NCBI GenBank assembly: GCA_951406725.2
Contig: OX597818.1
Coordinates: 87,606,001-87,670,000 of the forward strand
Length of the DNA: 64,000 nt
From: Octopus vulgaris
Lineage: Eukaryota
Direction of reading: 5' to 3'
Shown here: positions 26,791-41,224 of the stretch, in pieces
Layout: each line of letters opens with the position of its first letter
Position numbering within the stretch: the stretch's first letter is position 1
Made by a program: the position numbers and the translations under genes
Notes under the pieces: model-generated
Told to the model about the DNA's origin: nothing
What the model saw: only the letters and a program-made list of their open reading frames with translations
The model's database searches: none

Positions 26791-27504
26791 CTCATTTCGA
26801 GCATTCAAACAACAATATGAATCGTCAAAGATAGTAGCTCTCATAAATTCTAAAATTTTGTTTCCATTCGGTATGTCTCCACTGTTATTTTTTATGTTCC
26901 CAACTTCGACTCTCCATAAACCCTAAATTTGGGGGAGACGTTGTATAGTGTAGTCTGAGTTCGCTGCACATACGAAAACGATGAAATGCCTTTGATGACA
27001 GGTTTGCTCGATGAAGGCTGACCTGGAGTTAATCGAAAGGCAAAATTCTACAGGGAAACCAAACTTAGGTTGGCCTCGCCGTCACCACATCCTCGATGGC
27101 AACAACTTCCAGGACCGTCTCCACCACCTTCCCCACTTTCGATAGCACCTCATTAAGCATCACAACAACATTTCGATCAACGCCACTACCAATACCGAAA
27201 GTACAACCACCACCATAAACCTTCACAACACAATAACGACGACGAGACCCAGGAAACCAATACTAAGGATATCAGAAATAACTAACGCAACCACAAGAGC
27301 GATAACATCAACAACAGCAACAACTAATCAAAAAGTAGAAAACAAAAAAAATCACTATCAACAAAAAAAAAACAAAAAAAATAGTGGCTCAAAACTCCAA
27401 TAGAATCTGTTTTCATTCAATCACAAACACACACACACATATACGTACACGCACATTTTGGCATTTATATATTGTTATATATGTATAGGCATTATATATC
27501 ATCA

Positions 27505-27535
<31 letters not shown>

Positions 27536-27607
27536 TACTATTATTATTATTATTATTAATATTATTATTATATATGTATGCTTTTATATATAATGATATA
27601 TATATAT

Positions 27608-27662
<55 letters not shown>

Positions 27663-27734
27663 CATTTTTCTCTCTCTCTCTCTCTCTTTCACTCTCACTT
27701 TATATACATGGTTATGTATATGTGCAGACACACA

Positions 27735-27789
<55 letters not shown>

Positions 27790-27837
27790 ATATATATATA
27801 TATGTATTATATATATAAGTATATATGTATGTATATA

Positions 27838-27868
<31 letters not shown>

Positions 27869-27973
27869 TTATATGTATATATGTAAGTATATACTTGTAT
27901 ATATATGTGTGTGTGTGTATGTATATATATATATATACACACACACATATATATATACATATATATACATACA

Positions 27974-28036
<63 letters not shown>

Positions 28037-28400
28037 CTGAATAACGTTTTCCTGTGAAGTGAGGTGGATATCTAGGTGTTGATTGGTCGGTGCAGTCACG
28101 TGTTATGACATTGGATTCCCAGAGGGAGTGGTGTTATGAGATAGATGTTCCATCTATCTCTGTATTGGAAATATAATTGCTTACCTGTTGTCTGTCGTGT
28201 GGGGTGGAGTAGAGAGATGTGGTGAGCACATATCGACAGGGGAGTACACACTCACACACAAACACACACGCACACATACAAACACACACACACGCACACA
28301 CACACATATAGAAACATAAATACACACATACATATTTATAAACATGCAATACATACATACACACATACACACATATATATATATTTATATATATACACAC

Positions 28401-28431
<31 letters not shown>

Positions 28432-28462
28432 TATACAGTTCACTAGGTGCTATATATATATC

Positions 28463-28515
<53 letters not shown>

Positions 28516-28591
28516 CAGAGAGAGAGAGAGAGAAGCATATATAAAGTGTATAAAAATATACTTATATGCATATCTTATATAATATTATCTG

Positions 28592-28633
<42 letters not shown>

Positions 28634-28677
28634 TATATAGTTCAGTGGGTGCTATTTTGTGTATGTGTATTATGTGC

Positions 28678-28750
<73 letters not shown>

Positions 28751-30040
28751 GTGACAGAGGGTAGAGAGGGAGAGCGAAGAGAGAGAAAGAGTGATACATA
28801 TATGGTGGGTGTGTATATACATATATATACATCTACACACATACTCTATATGTATAAGCGCACATATATAATTTGTTTATATATAAATATGCACGCACTC
28901 ACACACAAACGCACTACTCAATCATACATACATACATATATGCATACATACATACAAACATACATATATACATACATACATACATGCATATATACATACA
29001 TACATACATACATACATACATACATACATACATACATACATACATACATACGTACATATATACATACATACATATACAAACTTTTAGGTGTCATATTTGC
29101 GAATCGGAATTTATTGAACCAAATCTTATATCACATGATCTGAACACACTCTCACATATAAATATATGAGCGTGTATCTCTTCGCGTCTGTCTGTGAGTC
29201 TTTAGCTGAAATTCCATAAAATCCATCAAAACAAAGGAAGCCATTCATCAAAGTGTAACAATTGAGATCGAAACCGTGACCTTCATTATAAGAATAGGTT
29301 TAGCTTCGCCTGTCCTTCCTTTTCTTTGGCTTCACCACCGCAGCCGCCTCCACCACAACCCCCACCCCCACCACCACCACCCCCACCACCACCACCATGT
29401 TCTCACCATAATCTATTACTTTCGTTATCATTCTTTACGTTGCCGACGTCATTCTTAGTTGCCTCTTGTTATTGTTGATGATGGTAGGAGTATTGCTGAT
29501 GACGACGCTGCTGCTGATGATGATGATGGTGATGATGATGATGATGATGATTACGATGAGGATGACGACGACGACGACGCGTGTGATGATGATGATGATG
29601 ACGTGATTGTATTTTATTTGTTGAATATCATTATGCAAGCGGTTAACTTCGCTTCTCGATCAAGTTGTTCTGAGTTCAAATTTCATTGGGCAGCACTACG
29701 GACAAATGACGTCTACCATAGACTGCAAGCAACTCAAACATTGCCACTGAACTCTACTAGACAAAAACCGTGTAGAAGGGCATCACTTAATAACCTTCAG
29801 TGGTAGACTTAACTTCGAGCCCTGTTTAATGCCCTCACCTTTTGACCACTTGTGTATCTTTTAGCAAAGTTCACTCTTCTAAAAGTGCGCAAGCATTCAA
29901 GTAAGTCTAAAAACTGAAACAAATGATGGATAATGCAAATAAATGTTTAGGTGAAGTTAACGGTCTTTGCATCTGTGTGTGTATGTTTGTGTATTTATAT
30001 ATATGTGTGTATGTATGTAACTCTCTGTGTCTCTCTCAAT

Positions 30041-30086
<46 letters not shown>

Positions 30087-30328
30087 ACACAACCACACAC
30101 GCACACAATCACATACATACACAAATCAATTATTTGAAATATGGTGTCAACATTTTCGTCACTCGAAACTGAAACCTGTTGACTGACAAAATGTTCAAAA
30201 TGTTTTGCTTCAGTAAACAAGTCGAAGTTTCGAGGTATGAAAATTTTGACATCATATTCAATTTATTTATTTTCAGTATATGCATACATACATACATACA
30301 TACATACATACATACATACATACATACA

Positions 30329-30362
<34 letters not shown>

Positions 30363-30363
30363 C

Positions 30364-30411
<48 letters not shown>

Positions 30412-30426
30412 TTATTATATAGAAGG

Positions 30427-30477
30427 AGCTTCTACAGGACTAGTACTGTTTCATTCAAGAGAAATCTTCAGGAAGCT
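30427..30477 (-). ncRNA. Type I hammerhead ribozyme motif
   Basis: Minus strand: agcuuc CUGAAGA uuuc-ucuu-gaau GAAA c-aguacu-ag UC cugua gaagcu. Core intact, palindromic loop 3, flanks agcuuc/gaagcu complementary. Confidence 0.7.
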
Positions 30478-30619
30478 ATTTAACAAGAATTGTATTAGCA
30501 TTTATACATTTAGGCAGGTTTAAAGGAGTGGTGGTGGGGGACTTTTTGGGGGGTAGGCATAGCGCAAAATATCACACTTGGGGGAGTGGTCAAGGAGTCA
30601 GTGGTAAGTTAGATGAAAG

Positions 30620-31486
30620 AATAGATAAATAAAAAAATAAAAAAATAAAAAAATATAAAAAATAAAAATAAAAAAAAAAAAAATAAAAAATAAAAAATAA
30701 AAAAAAAAAATAAAATAAAATAAAAAAATATAAAATAAAAAAATAAAAAATATAAAAAATATATATAAAAAAATATATATAAAAAAAATATATATATAAA
30801 AAATATATATATACAAAAATATATATATAAAAAAAAAAGGGGGGATAGAGTTATAGGTAAATAAGGAGATTCTCACTTATACCTATACACACATGTATAC
30901 GTATCTACACACACATACATACATACACATATATATACACACACATATACATATATACATATATATACATACATATACATACCTACACATACACACATAC
31001 ATACATACAAATATACATATACATATATATATATACAATCCAATACAGGCCCATTCCCTAATTTTAATTTTATTATCTTCATTTATTACTTTTGTTATCT
31101 TTGATCGCTAGGGCTAAGAATCCTGGCAATGGCTGCAGTCCATTTGTCTGTCTACTAGAAGGCAAGTACTCATTCCCGCACGCACACTCATTAGCACGTA
31201 CATTCACCCATTCGTACACTCATACACATACACGTACGCACGCGTTATATTCATACATACAAACATCTACATACGTTCACGTAAATACACATACGTACTC
31301 GTACCTACAGATTCATGTCTACACTTTAGGAGGCTAGACTATACATATACACCAATAAATATACATATATATATATATATATATATACACCCGCACATAC
31401 ATACACACACACACATATATACTCCTACATACAGATACATACCTATGTATATATATATATATATATACATATATATACATGCATAC

Positions 31487-31517
<31 letters not shown>

Positions 31518-31713
31518 TACACATACATACACATACACACATACATATACACACACATACATACACATATATATACACATACACAAACATATATACACAC
31601 ATATATATATATACATACACACATACACACATACATACGTATACATACATACATACATCCATACATCCATACTTACATGCATTTATACGCATACACACAC
31701 CCATCTATATATA

Positions 31714-31752
<39 letters not shown>

Positions 31753-32029
31753 TCACACATACATATACAAATCCACGCACACACATACATACATACACGT
31801 ATACGCATACACGCACATACACATATACATGCGTACCCATACACGTGCACACACGCACGCGCATCCATATATATACACACACACACATATATATACACGT
31901 GTGCAAGCATACATACATACTCATACGCGCACACATACTTACAAATACATATATGCACACACTTACACACATATATATACATACACATATACATGCATAC
32001 ATACATATATGCATACATACACACACGCA

Positions 32030-32069
<40 letters not shown>

Positions 32070-32142
32070 TATATATATATACATATATATATACATACAT
32101 AGATACACATACGCATACATACACATACACATACATACACAC

Positions 32143-32197
<55 letters not shown>

Positions 32198-32398
32198 TAC
32201 ACATATACACACATACATACACATACATACACACACACATACATATATACATATACACTGATACACATACCCATACATACACATGCATATACTTATATCA
32301 CTACATACTCACATATATAAACATATATACATATACACACATACACATATACATGTACATACACATACGTATGCATATATATACATATACATATATAT

Positions 32399-32451
<53 letters not shown>

Positions 32452-32707
32452 TACACACATATACATGTATACATACGCAAAAATGATACACATATATACA
32501 CATACACACACACAGACAGATGCATATACATACATATATACATATAAACTACATATCTATATAAATACATACATAATACACATATACACACACATATATA
32601 TACATTCATGCATATACATATACAAGTATACACATACATACACACACACGCGCACACATACATATACACACACACATATATACAAATACATACATACATA
32701 CACACAT

Positions 32708-32748
<41 letters not shown>

Positions 32749-33112
32749 CACGTACACATATACATATGTATATATATATCAACAAGGGAGGGTAAAGTTA
32801 ATTAGTTATTAAACAATTTCATCAAGTGTTCAGTATGTAAAGGGACCATTATTATTTTGAGTAAACAATGTTAGAGGGAAAAAATTCTCTAAGTAGTGGA
32901 AGAGGCTAAAAAACTTTATTGGCTGCTATTTCTAGAAAGTTTAGTATGTGGCAAAGTAATTTATTTTATTTTCCTAATCCCTAATTATATAATATTTTAT
33001 ACATACATACACATACATAAGCACATACATTTACACATACATATGCATATACATATATACACATATACATACAAACACATATACACATATACACACACAC
33101 ACACATACAACC

Positions 33113-33159
<47 letters not shown>

Positions 33160-33330
33160 AATATATATACATATATATTTTTTTACATGCATACATACAC
33201 ACACACACACATAATACATGCGTATATTCCTACTGTACCCATGCATTTCTATACAAATATACATACATACATACGATACACATATACAAGCGTGCACATA
33301 TAATATGTGAAAGGTCTTTATATATATAAA
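30620..33330. repeat. Long degenerate A/T and (CA/TA)n low-complexity block
   Basis: An (A5-8T)n tract at 30620-30840, then mixed CATA/TA/CA repeats with short unique islands. Confidence 0.85.
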
Positions 33331-33412
33331 GTTAATCCAAACAAGAAAACACAGAAAAAAAGAGAAAAAAAGCACAGCAACGCAGGACGTGGAACAATTA
33401 AAGTATTATTGA

Positions 33413-33464
<52 letters not shown>

Positions 33465-33904
33465 TTATATATATGTATATATATAAGAATAAATGTTTTA
33501 TATATAAAGAACGTGAAATACAGGAAGGGACAAACACGGAACACAGACAAATCATTCGAAGCCTTCAATCTTCAGTCAGACACCGAATCATCATAGCAAA
33601 TTTCGGCTGTTCAATTCTGATATTTGCTCCAACTCGGCCAGCCCCAAGAAAAAAAAAACTAAGCTGTAAGCATTAGATTTCTTGGTAGAAGACAAGAATG
33701 TAAACGCACGAGACGGATGTAAATACGAGAGACGAAAACGAAATTGAAAACGGTAACGGTTAAACAAAATATAATATAACGGTGGTTGTCATACGACTTT
33801 AGACCAAATGAGACAAAACAACAAACATAGCAGCAGGCGTAGAAATAATTACCTTTTCGGTAGAGGGGACAAATACAGATGTTGGCGAGATACGATCGCC
33901 AACG

Positions 33905-34795
33905 AAATAGCATCTCCGAGACATTAGACTCGGCAACGATACCTGGGGCTCGTGCCATTTCCACTCTACCGGTCATTCATTACAACACCTGTCTGTGTTC
34001 GGACTGTCTTTGCACAGGGGCCATCCGGACTCCCGCCTTCACCGTGAACAGAAATTTATTTTCTCTCTTTGTTCCTTTGCGTCACATGGGTTCCCCTCCC
34101 CTCTTCATCTGACTCCCCTCCTCTCTTCTCTTAATCTGACACCTACTTCTTCTCTTCATTCCTACCCACATCTCCTCTCCTTTCTTGCCGTCACCTACTT
34201 CCTCTCTTCACTCCTACCCACCTCCCTTCATTCATACCCCCTTCCATTCACATCCACTCTTACATACCCCACCCCTACATTCTTACCCCACCTTCACATC
34301 CCTGACCCTAACACCACTACACCACATCACACCACCCCCATACAACTCCAAACACACTAGCACTGACCACTTCCCAGCACCCACACCATCATCCAAACAC
34401 CCACACATTACAGACGCGCACACTTACACACGCACACATCCACACGTCAAAGTCCCCAGCCCCTATCCACACTTACACACTTACACACTCCCACATACAC
34501 ACACGCATGCGCATCTTCCGATTTGGGATCACCAGTACTTTACTATCTCCCCTTCTTCCTGTCTAACTACATTTGTCCAAACTGTCGCCATGACTAACCA
34601 CTAACTCCAAAAGATTTTTATTCTCTCTCTGCTTTTTATTCTCTCTCTGTTTATTTTCTCGTATTCCTTTCTGTTGAAGAGCGCAGGCTCGAAACGTAAA
34701 ATACTTTCTCACCTTCCCGAGCATCAAACAATTACACCTGCTTGTTGTTTATGCATCTGTCATCATCTTTTGTTTATCTGTAAATTTCAACTATA
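33905..34795 (+). mobile_element. Penelope-like element relic (GIY-YIG C-terminus, 3' region, hammerhead-like motif at 34668-34701)
   Basis: HLRDIRLGND...HFHSTGHSLQHLSVFGLSLHRGHPDSRLHREQKFIFSL; downstream ctgttgaagagcgcaggctcgaaacgtaaa. Confidence 0.82.
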
Positions 34796-35339
34796 TATAT
34801 AAGGTGTTGCACAGTGGAACGTAACCCGAAGCCATCTTTTCTCATAACGATGATGACAGCAACAATAAAAACAAGCATTCTTCCGTAGCGTTAAGATTGA
34901 TGACGTTTAGATCGATGTTGTAGCGTTAAGGCTGATTCTTGCTAGAAGCAAGGTCGATTCTCTTGTGATGATATTATTTCTGGGAAAGGCATCTAGGCGC
35001 CAACATCCCATATCCTTTACTCTTAAATATAAGGTATTTATACCAAATCTGAAAAAAAAAATGTGAGTGAGTGAGAGCGAGAGAGAGAGAGAGAGAGTTC
35101 CATTAGTACTGTATGGTTACGAACTCAGATGTTAAACTGCATTGCAACCGCATCGTTCGAAGTTCGAATCCTTTGGAGGTCCGTCTTCGTTATCATATTT
35201 CCTTGGTCCAGAAGCTTATTAGTAACAGTCGTACACTGGAGACCAATTCTATCAATACGTCTCTTCTACTTTTCAGCATAGAAAACGTGCGTGCGTGCGT
35301 GTGTATGTGCAATAATTATGCACCAACGCAATTTTTTTT

Positions 35340-35990
35340 TTGCTGTAGTTTCAGTTCAAAGCTGCGGCCATACTGATGTACCGCTGTTTTGCTACACTGT
35401 TACTACTGAGAGCCTTCTCCAATATGTGGCACTTGGTGAAGAATGGAGTTTGATGTAGCTACCCTCATTTGCAGTTCTTGCCGTGATATTGGTTCATCTG
35501 GGACTCTCGACAGGAAGAGGTCCAACTTTGACTTAAAAACGCCTACATCTACTTTGTGCAGATTCCGCAGGTTCTTTGGGAGAATATTGAAAAGCTGTTG
35601 GTTCCTGAAACCCAGGCTGTTGCAGTAACTGATCCTGAAGCGCGATGGCGTTGCTGTGATCTTTGGCACTATGCAGTGTCGTCCCGTTCTAGCATTGGTG
35701 TAGCTTTCAATGCCAAAATCTGGCACAATTCCTTCCAGGATCTTCCAGATGTATATAACTGCATACCTCTCCAGCCTTCTCTCCAGGGAGTAGAGCCTTA
35801 GCTGTTTCAGCCTTTCCAGTAGCTGAGCAGTTGCAAAGAGACGCTCTTCTTTGTCAACCTTCTTTGGATTGCTTCAAGGTCCGCTGTTAATTTCACACTA
35901 GTGGGTGACCATAGCTGCAGTAGTAATCCAGGTGGCTGAGGACGAATGTCTTCCAGAGGACCATCATGGTTTCCTAGGCTATGGGCCCTT
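35340..35990 (-). mobile_element. CR1-clade LINE 3' end
   Basis: QLWSP...DLEAIQRRLTK, LSYW.RL..L.LYSLERRLERYAVIY, RTGRHC, LFNILPKNLRN, FKSKLDLFLSRVPDEP, then a short 3' UTR. Confidence 0.9.
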
Positions 35991-36029
35991 ACTACACACA
36001 TACGAACATACATGCATACATACATACCT

Positions 36030-36062
<33 letters not shown>

Positions 36063-36139
36063 TAGACATACATACATGCATATATACATGTAGTAATAGC
36101 GTTGCCATTGTTGTAAGCGTCAATATATTTATTGCTATT

Positions 36140-36290
36140 TACGTTCTAAGTTCAAATTCCGCCGAGGTCAACTTTGCTTTTCATCCTTTCGGGGTCGATT
36201 AATTAAGTACCAGTTGCGTACTGGGGTCGTTCAAATCGACTGGTCCCCTCCCCCAAAATTTCGGGCATTGTACCTAGAGTAGAAAAGAAA
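36140..36290 (+). mobile_element. 5'-truncated SINE family A (short tail) with 15-bp TSD
   Basis: ATATTTATTGCTATT at 36125-36139 and 36291-36305 flanks the copy. Confidence 0.88.
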
Positions 36291-36324
36291 ATATTTATTG
36301 CTATTGTTATCCTCGGAGCTTTTT

Positions 36325-36437
36325 TTTAATCATCATTTTCCCCAGCACCACCAGCACCACCAGCACCACCAGCACCACTAGCACCACCACCTCTATCATC
36401 ATCATCGTCGTCGTCATCGTCATCATCATCATCATCG

Positions 36438-36486
<49 letters not shown>

Positions 36487-36680
36487 TGTTCACATCGTAG
36501 CCACCATTATCATCATCACCATGATCACCACTACCACCATCACCACCACCAACACTACCACCACCACCACCACCACCACCACCACTACCACCCCCACCAT
36601 CACCATCGTCGTCGTCGTTGTCATCATCATCATCAGCATCATCATCATCATCATCATCAACATCATCATCATCTTTCTTC
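36325..36680. repeat. (CAT/CAC/CAG)n trinucleotide block
   Basis: Directly visible. Confidence 0.9.
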
Positions 36681-37573
36681 ATCTCTCCCGCTTCATTCTA
36701 CTTATGGTCGTCGTCACCGCTATTATAAACAACAACAAGAGCACCAACATGTGTAACAAAGAACAAAACTTAACATGAGCAGAAGCTGCACCCGCAAACC
36801 CTGCCCCTCCTCACTCCCCGCCTTCTTTTATCCTCTTCCCCCGCCCCACTCTTCCTCCGCGTATACCACTCCACCCCTTCCTACGCACCTGTACTCTAGC
36901 CACACCCTGCAATCCCTGTTACTTAATAAACCTTCCGGTACTACAGCAGTCCATTGTTCACTTGCACAATCATTAAAGGTGCACCGGTGTGTGTGTGTGT
37001 GTGCACAGAGATAGATGTGCGTGTGTGTGTGTATGTGTGCACAGAGATAGATGTGCGTGTGTGTGTGTATGTGTGTGTGTGTGTGCACAGAGATAAATGT
37101 GCGTGTGTGTCTGTGTTATAGTGGGTGCTTGTATGTAAGTGTGTGTACGATAGTGTGTGTCTACATGTACGTATGTGTGTTATGTGTATGTGAGCCAGTG
37201 TATGCGTGTCTGTTCTGCGTACGTTTGAGTCAATATGTATGCATGTATGTATGTGTGTGTACGTGTGTGTACGTGTGTTTGTATCTTACCGTGTATAAGC
37301 ATGAGTACTTGTGTTTGCGTGGTCATGTGTATAAATGTCTGTGTGTATGTGTAACTGTTCTGTATGTGTACAGTGGTCTACGTGTGTGTATGTGTGCATA
37401 TACGTGTATTTGTGTGAACTAGTGTTTGTGTGTGTGTGTTTGTGTGTGTGTGTGTAAGCAAGTGTCCGTATATCTTTTCCCTTTGTGTTGTACGCCTGTG
37501 TTACAATGCGTGCGTGTGTCTATATATGTACGTATATGCATGTGTGTGTGAGCGCGCGTGCCTGTGAATGTGC

Positions 37574-37656
<83 letters not shown>

Positions 37657-38141
37657 CTTGCATGTATATAAAAGCAAATGCGTGTACGTGAGTGTGTGTA
37701 TACATGCTTTACTCTATGCCTGTATGTGTGCGTGCACGTGTTACAGTGCGTGTGTGTGTGAGAGAGAGTGTGTGTATGTGTTATAGTGCATATGTGTATG
37801 AATGAGTTTATGGACGCGTGTGTATGTATACCTGTTTGTACGGGTTTGTGCGTATGTGCGTGTGTACATGTTGTCTCTATGGGTGCGATTTGATCCCGCC
37901 TCCTCTTCCCACTTGCCTTTTCTTAGCTTTTTCATATTCCGTTTCTTTATACGGAAATAAAAGAGAAGTTGCTTCTTGTGAAGTGCAATTTCGGTAACTT
38001 GACCTCAGTGACCTCTGACATTATTCTTCATAAAAGACTAATATTTGCTCCGTGGTTTAATCAACTGACCGAACGGAATACCTGTCTGTCCGTCTGTCCA
38101 CCCGTCCGTCTGCTGGTTTGTCTGTATATATATATATGTGT

Positions 38142-38188
<47 letters not shown>

Positions 38189-38268
38189 TGTGTGCTCGTG
38201 CATATCTGTATGTGTGTGTATATCTCTCTCTCTACATATATATAGATATATATATATCTATATATTTG

Positions 38269-38301
<33 letters not shown>

Positions 38302-38519
38302 ATATGTTTGTCTAGCACTCTGGCCTTCATTCTTCTCCCCCTCCTCCCTCACAAACTTCATAACACCTAACACTATCCTTCCCTCCCTTTCTACCTCCCA
38401 CTACTTGGTCTGTAACTTCCGACATTGCTTACAGTTTGTTTCCAATTGATAAAAGCTTGTTGCGAATCTCATTTCTGAAACGTTCTACAATAGCAACAAT
38501 AGTTATAAGAGCAAGAATA

Positions 38520-38603
<84 letters not shown>

Positions 38604-38613
38604 GCTACTACCA

Positions 38614-38655
<42 letters not shown>

Positions 38656-39011
38656 TATTTGCTTAAGGCAACCAATAATTTCATACGAAAAGATCGTCTC
38701 AATTCGTCAAGCGTACCACGTGAGAATATTGGTACCAGTCTCCATTTTGGATGAGTATACATGATGATACATGTGTGTGTATGTGTGTGTATGTGTGTCC
38801 GCGAATAGAAAGAAAACTTCAGCATGGATATAAAAGCTAAAAGCTAATTCTTGTCTAAAATTTTAACGACGAAGACAATGGAAGTGGTCCCGAGTATCTA
38901 GCGAGCGGTCCTCAGAAGAGAGCTAATGACCTTTTCCAACATGTACAAAGTCGCATTTCACAAATAAATGAAGAGTCTAAGGGAAAATAATATTTATCGG
39001 TTTACGTACCA

Positions 39012-40570
39012 CTATTTTTTCATCGGTTTCAACTCAACGCTGCAACCATGTTGGGACCTCCTCTGATATGTGACATTTGGTGAATAAGAGAGTGTGATGT
39101 CGCAGCCCTCATTTGCGCCTCCTACAGCGTGGTGGGTTCCTCTGGGACTCTCGGCAGGAAGAGATCCAGTTTTGTTTAGAAAACACCTACATCTACTTTG
39201 TGTAAGTCCCTCAGGCTCTTTGGGAGAATATTGAAAAGCCATGGGCCCCTGAAAGCCAGGCTGTTGCAGTAAGTGGTCCTGAAGAGCGACAGCATTGTTG
39301 AGATCTTTGGTACTGTGCAGTGTCGTCCCGTTCTGGCATTTGTGTAGCTTTAAATGCCCAAATTTGGCAAATCCCTTCCAGGATCTTCCAGATGTATATT
39401 ACTGCATATCTCTCACGCCTTCGGTCCAGGAGTAGAGTCTTATCTGTTTTAGCCTTTCCCAGTAGCTGAGCTGTTGCGATGAGACACTCTTCTTTGTGAA
39501 GTTTCGCTGGATTACTTCAAGATCCGCTGTTAATTTTACATTGGTGGGTGACCATAATTGAGAGCAGTAGCTAAAGCGGCTGAGGACGAATGTCCTCCAG
39601 AGGACCATCATGATTTCCTTCTCTCTGGTTTTGAAGGTTCGCAAGATCCAGTCAGCCGTCTGCACTTTGTCGCCGTGTTGCTTATGTGCACTTGAAAAGA
39701 TGTATCATCACACATATCGATACTCAAGTCACGACTAAGTTATGTTCTGGAATTGTAATCCCCACCTGGGTCGGTGTACCCTTTAAGATTTGCGTTCAGT
39801 TTTGGGTGCTGGTAGCGCAGGGCTTGGTATTGTCCAGCATTAAACTGCATATTATTGTCCTCAACCCACCTGTAAACTGCATCCAACTTCTGCTGCAGGC
39901 GTGCAAATATGGCTAGGGTTTTGTATTTTCTGCAAGACTTTCATATCGTCTGCGTAGCTAGCAACGGTGCCTATCCGGGAAGTTGAGAGCATATCTGAGA
40001 GGGCCTTTATGAAAAGCAGTGGCCCCAAGAGAGTACCCTGTGGGACACCACTAACTATTTGTGTTTCCTTTGAGGTGGCACCATCGGCCACCACTGCCAG
40101 ACTTCTATCTTTCAGAAAGTCATGTAAACACCCTCCAAGTCTCCCAGCTATGACAAAATCGCGCAGTCTGTGGCATATCATACCATGATCAACTTTATCA
40201 AAAGATTTTGCAAAGTCGAGGTATATTACATCCACATTTGAGTTCTATAGTAACTGCTTCAACACTCAGTCATAGTATTGTAGGAACTGTGTCGAAAACC
40301 ATGCAGGGTATCACTTAGCAAGTTGTTTCCTTCAAGGAATGCGATTAGTTTCCTGATTATTCGTTCCATGACTTCGCTGGTGCGTGAAATCAGAAAGATA
40401 GGCCTATCATTTTTTGCATAAGTTCTTCTTCCTTCTTTATGGATTGGGCATATTATTCCCTCCTTTTGTTTCCTTGGCAGCTTGCCATTTGCAAAAAACT
40501 GGAGGAAAATCTGTAGTGGTTTTGCCAGGGCACGTTTGCACGATCTGAGGAGGATTGCTGGGAAACCAAA
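39012..40570 (-). mobile_element. CR1-clade LINE, reverse transcriptase to 3' end, decayed
   Basis: DVIYLDFAKSFDKVDH, SGVPQGTLLGPLLF, YADD, YCSQLWSP. Same family as 35340-35990. Confidence 0.93.
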
Positions 40571-41224
40571 TTTAACTAAATTAATAATAAATAAATAACC
40601 TGCCTAAGGGACATGATTTTTATAGGATTATTATATTTCTTCATTTTATATCAAAATACGGTGGGGCACTCTTCTGTGGGTATGCCATATGCGTAATATA
40701 ACGATGCAGATAATAACATAGGTGTGTATGAGGGGGTGTATAACTGTAATAAGCTCCATTACTTCATATTGCTATAAGTATTACGTAATAAGTATTATTT
40801 TGCATTCGTTCTATATTTGTATCTATAGAAGATCAGTTTTCTTTTTTTCGCTGCCTATCTTCACAATAGAAACCGTAGAAGGTCACTTTCGTTTTATTCA
40901 CTGTATACCTTCAGAATAGAAACCGTAACTTAGATTTCACTCCAACATTTTTTCTTTGTTTCACGTATGCCACATCAGAATTTATGAGGTCAGCTGTCAT
41001 TTCCCTATCTCACTTCAATATAATTGTACAACTTTTCATTTGAAAATACCCATTATCCCCAAACTTAGGAAGAAACAAATTCGGTGGGGCACTCTTTTGT
41101 AGGTATACCATATGAGTAATATAATGACATACACAATAACATGTGTATCGTTGTGTGTGTGTGTATAACTGTAGAAGAGATAACGAAGTGGGTCATCCAA
41201 GTATAAAATTATTTGACTCGACAA

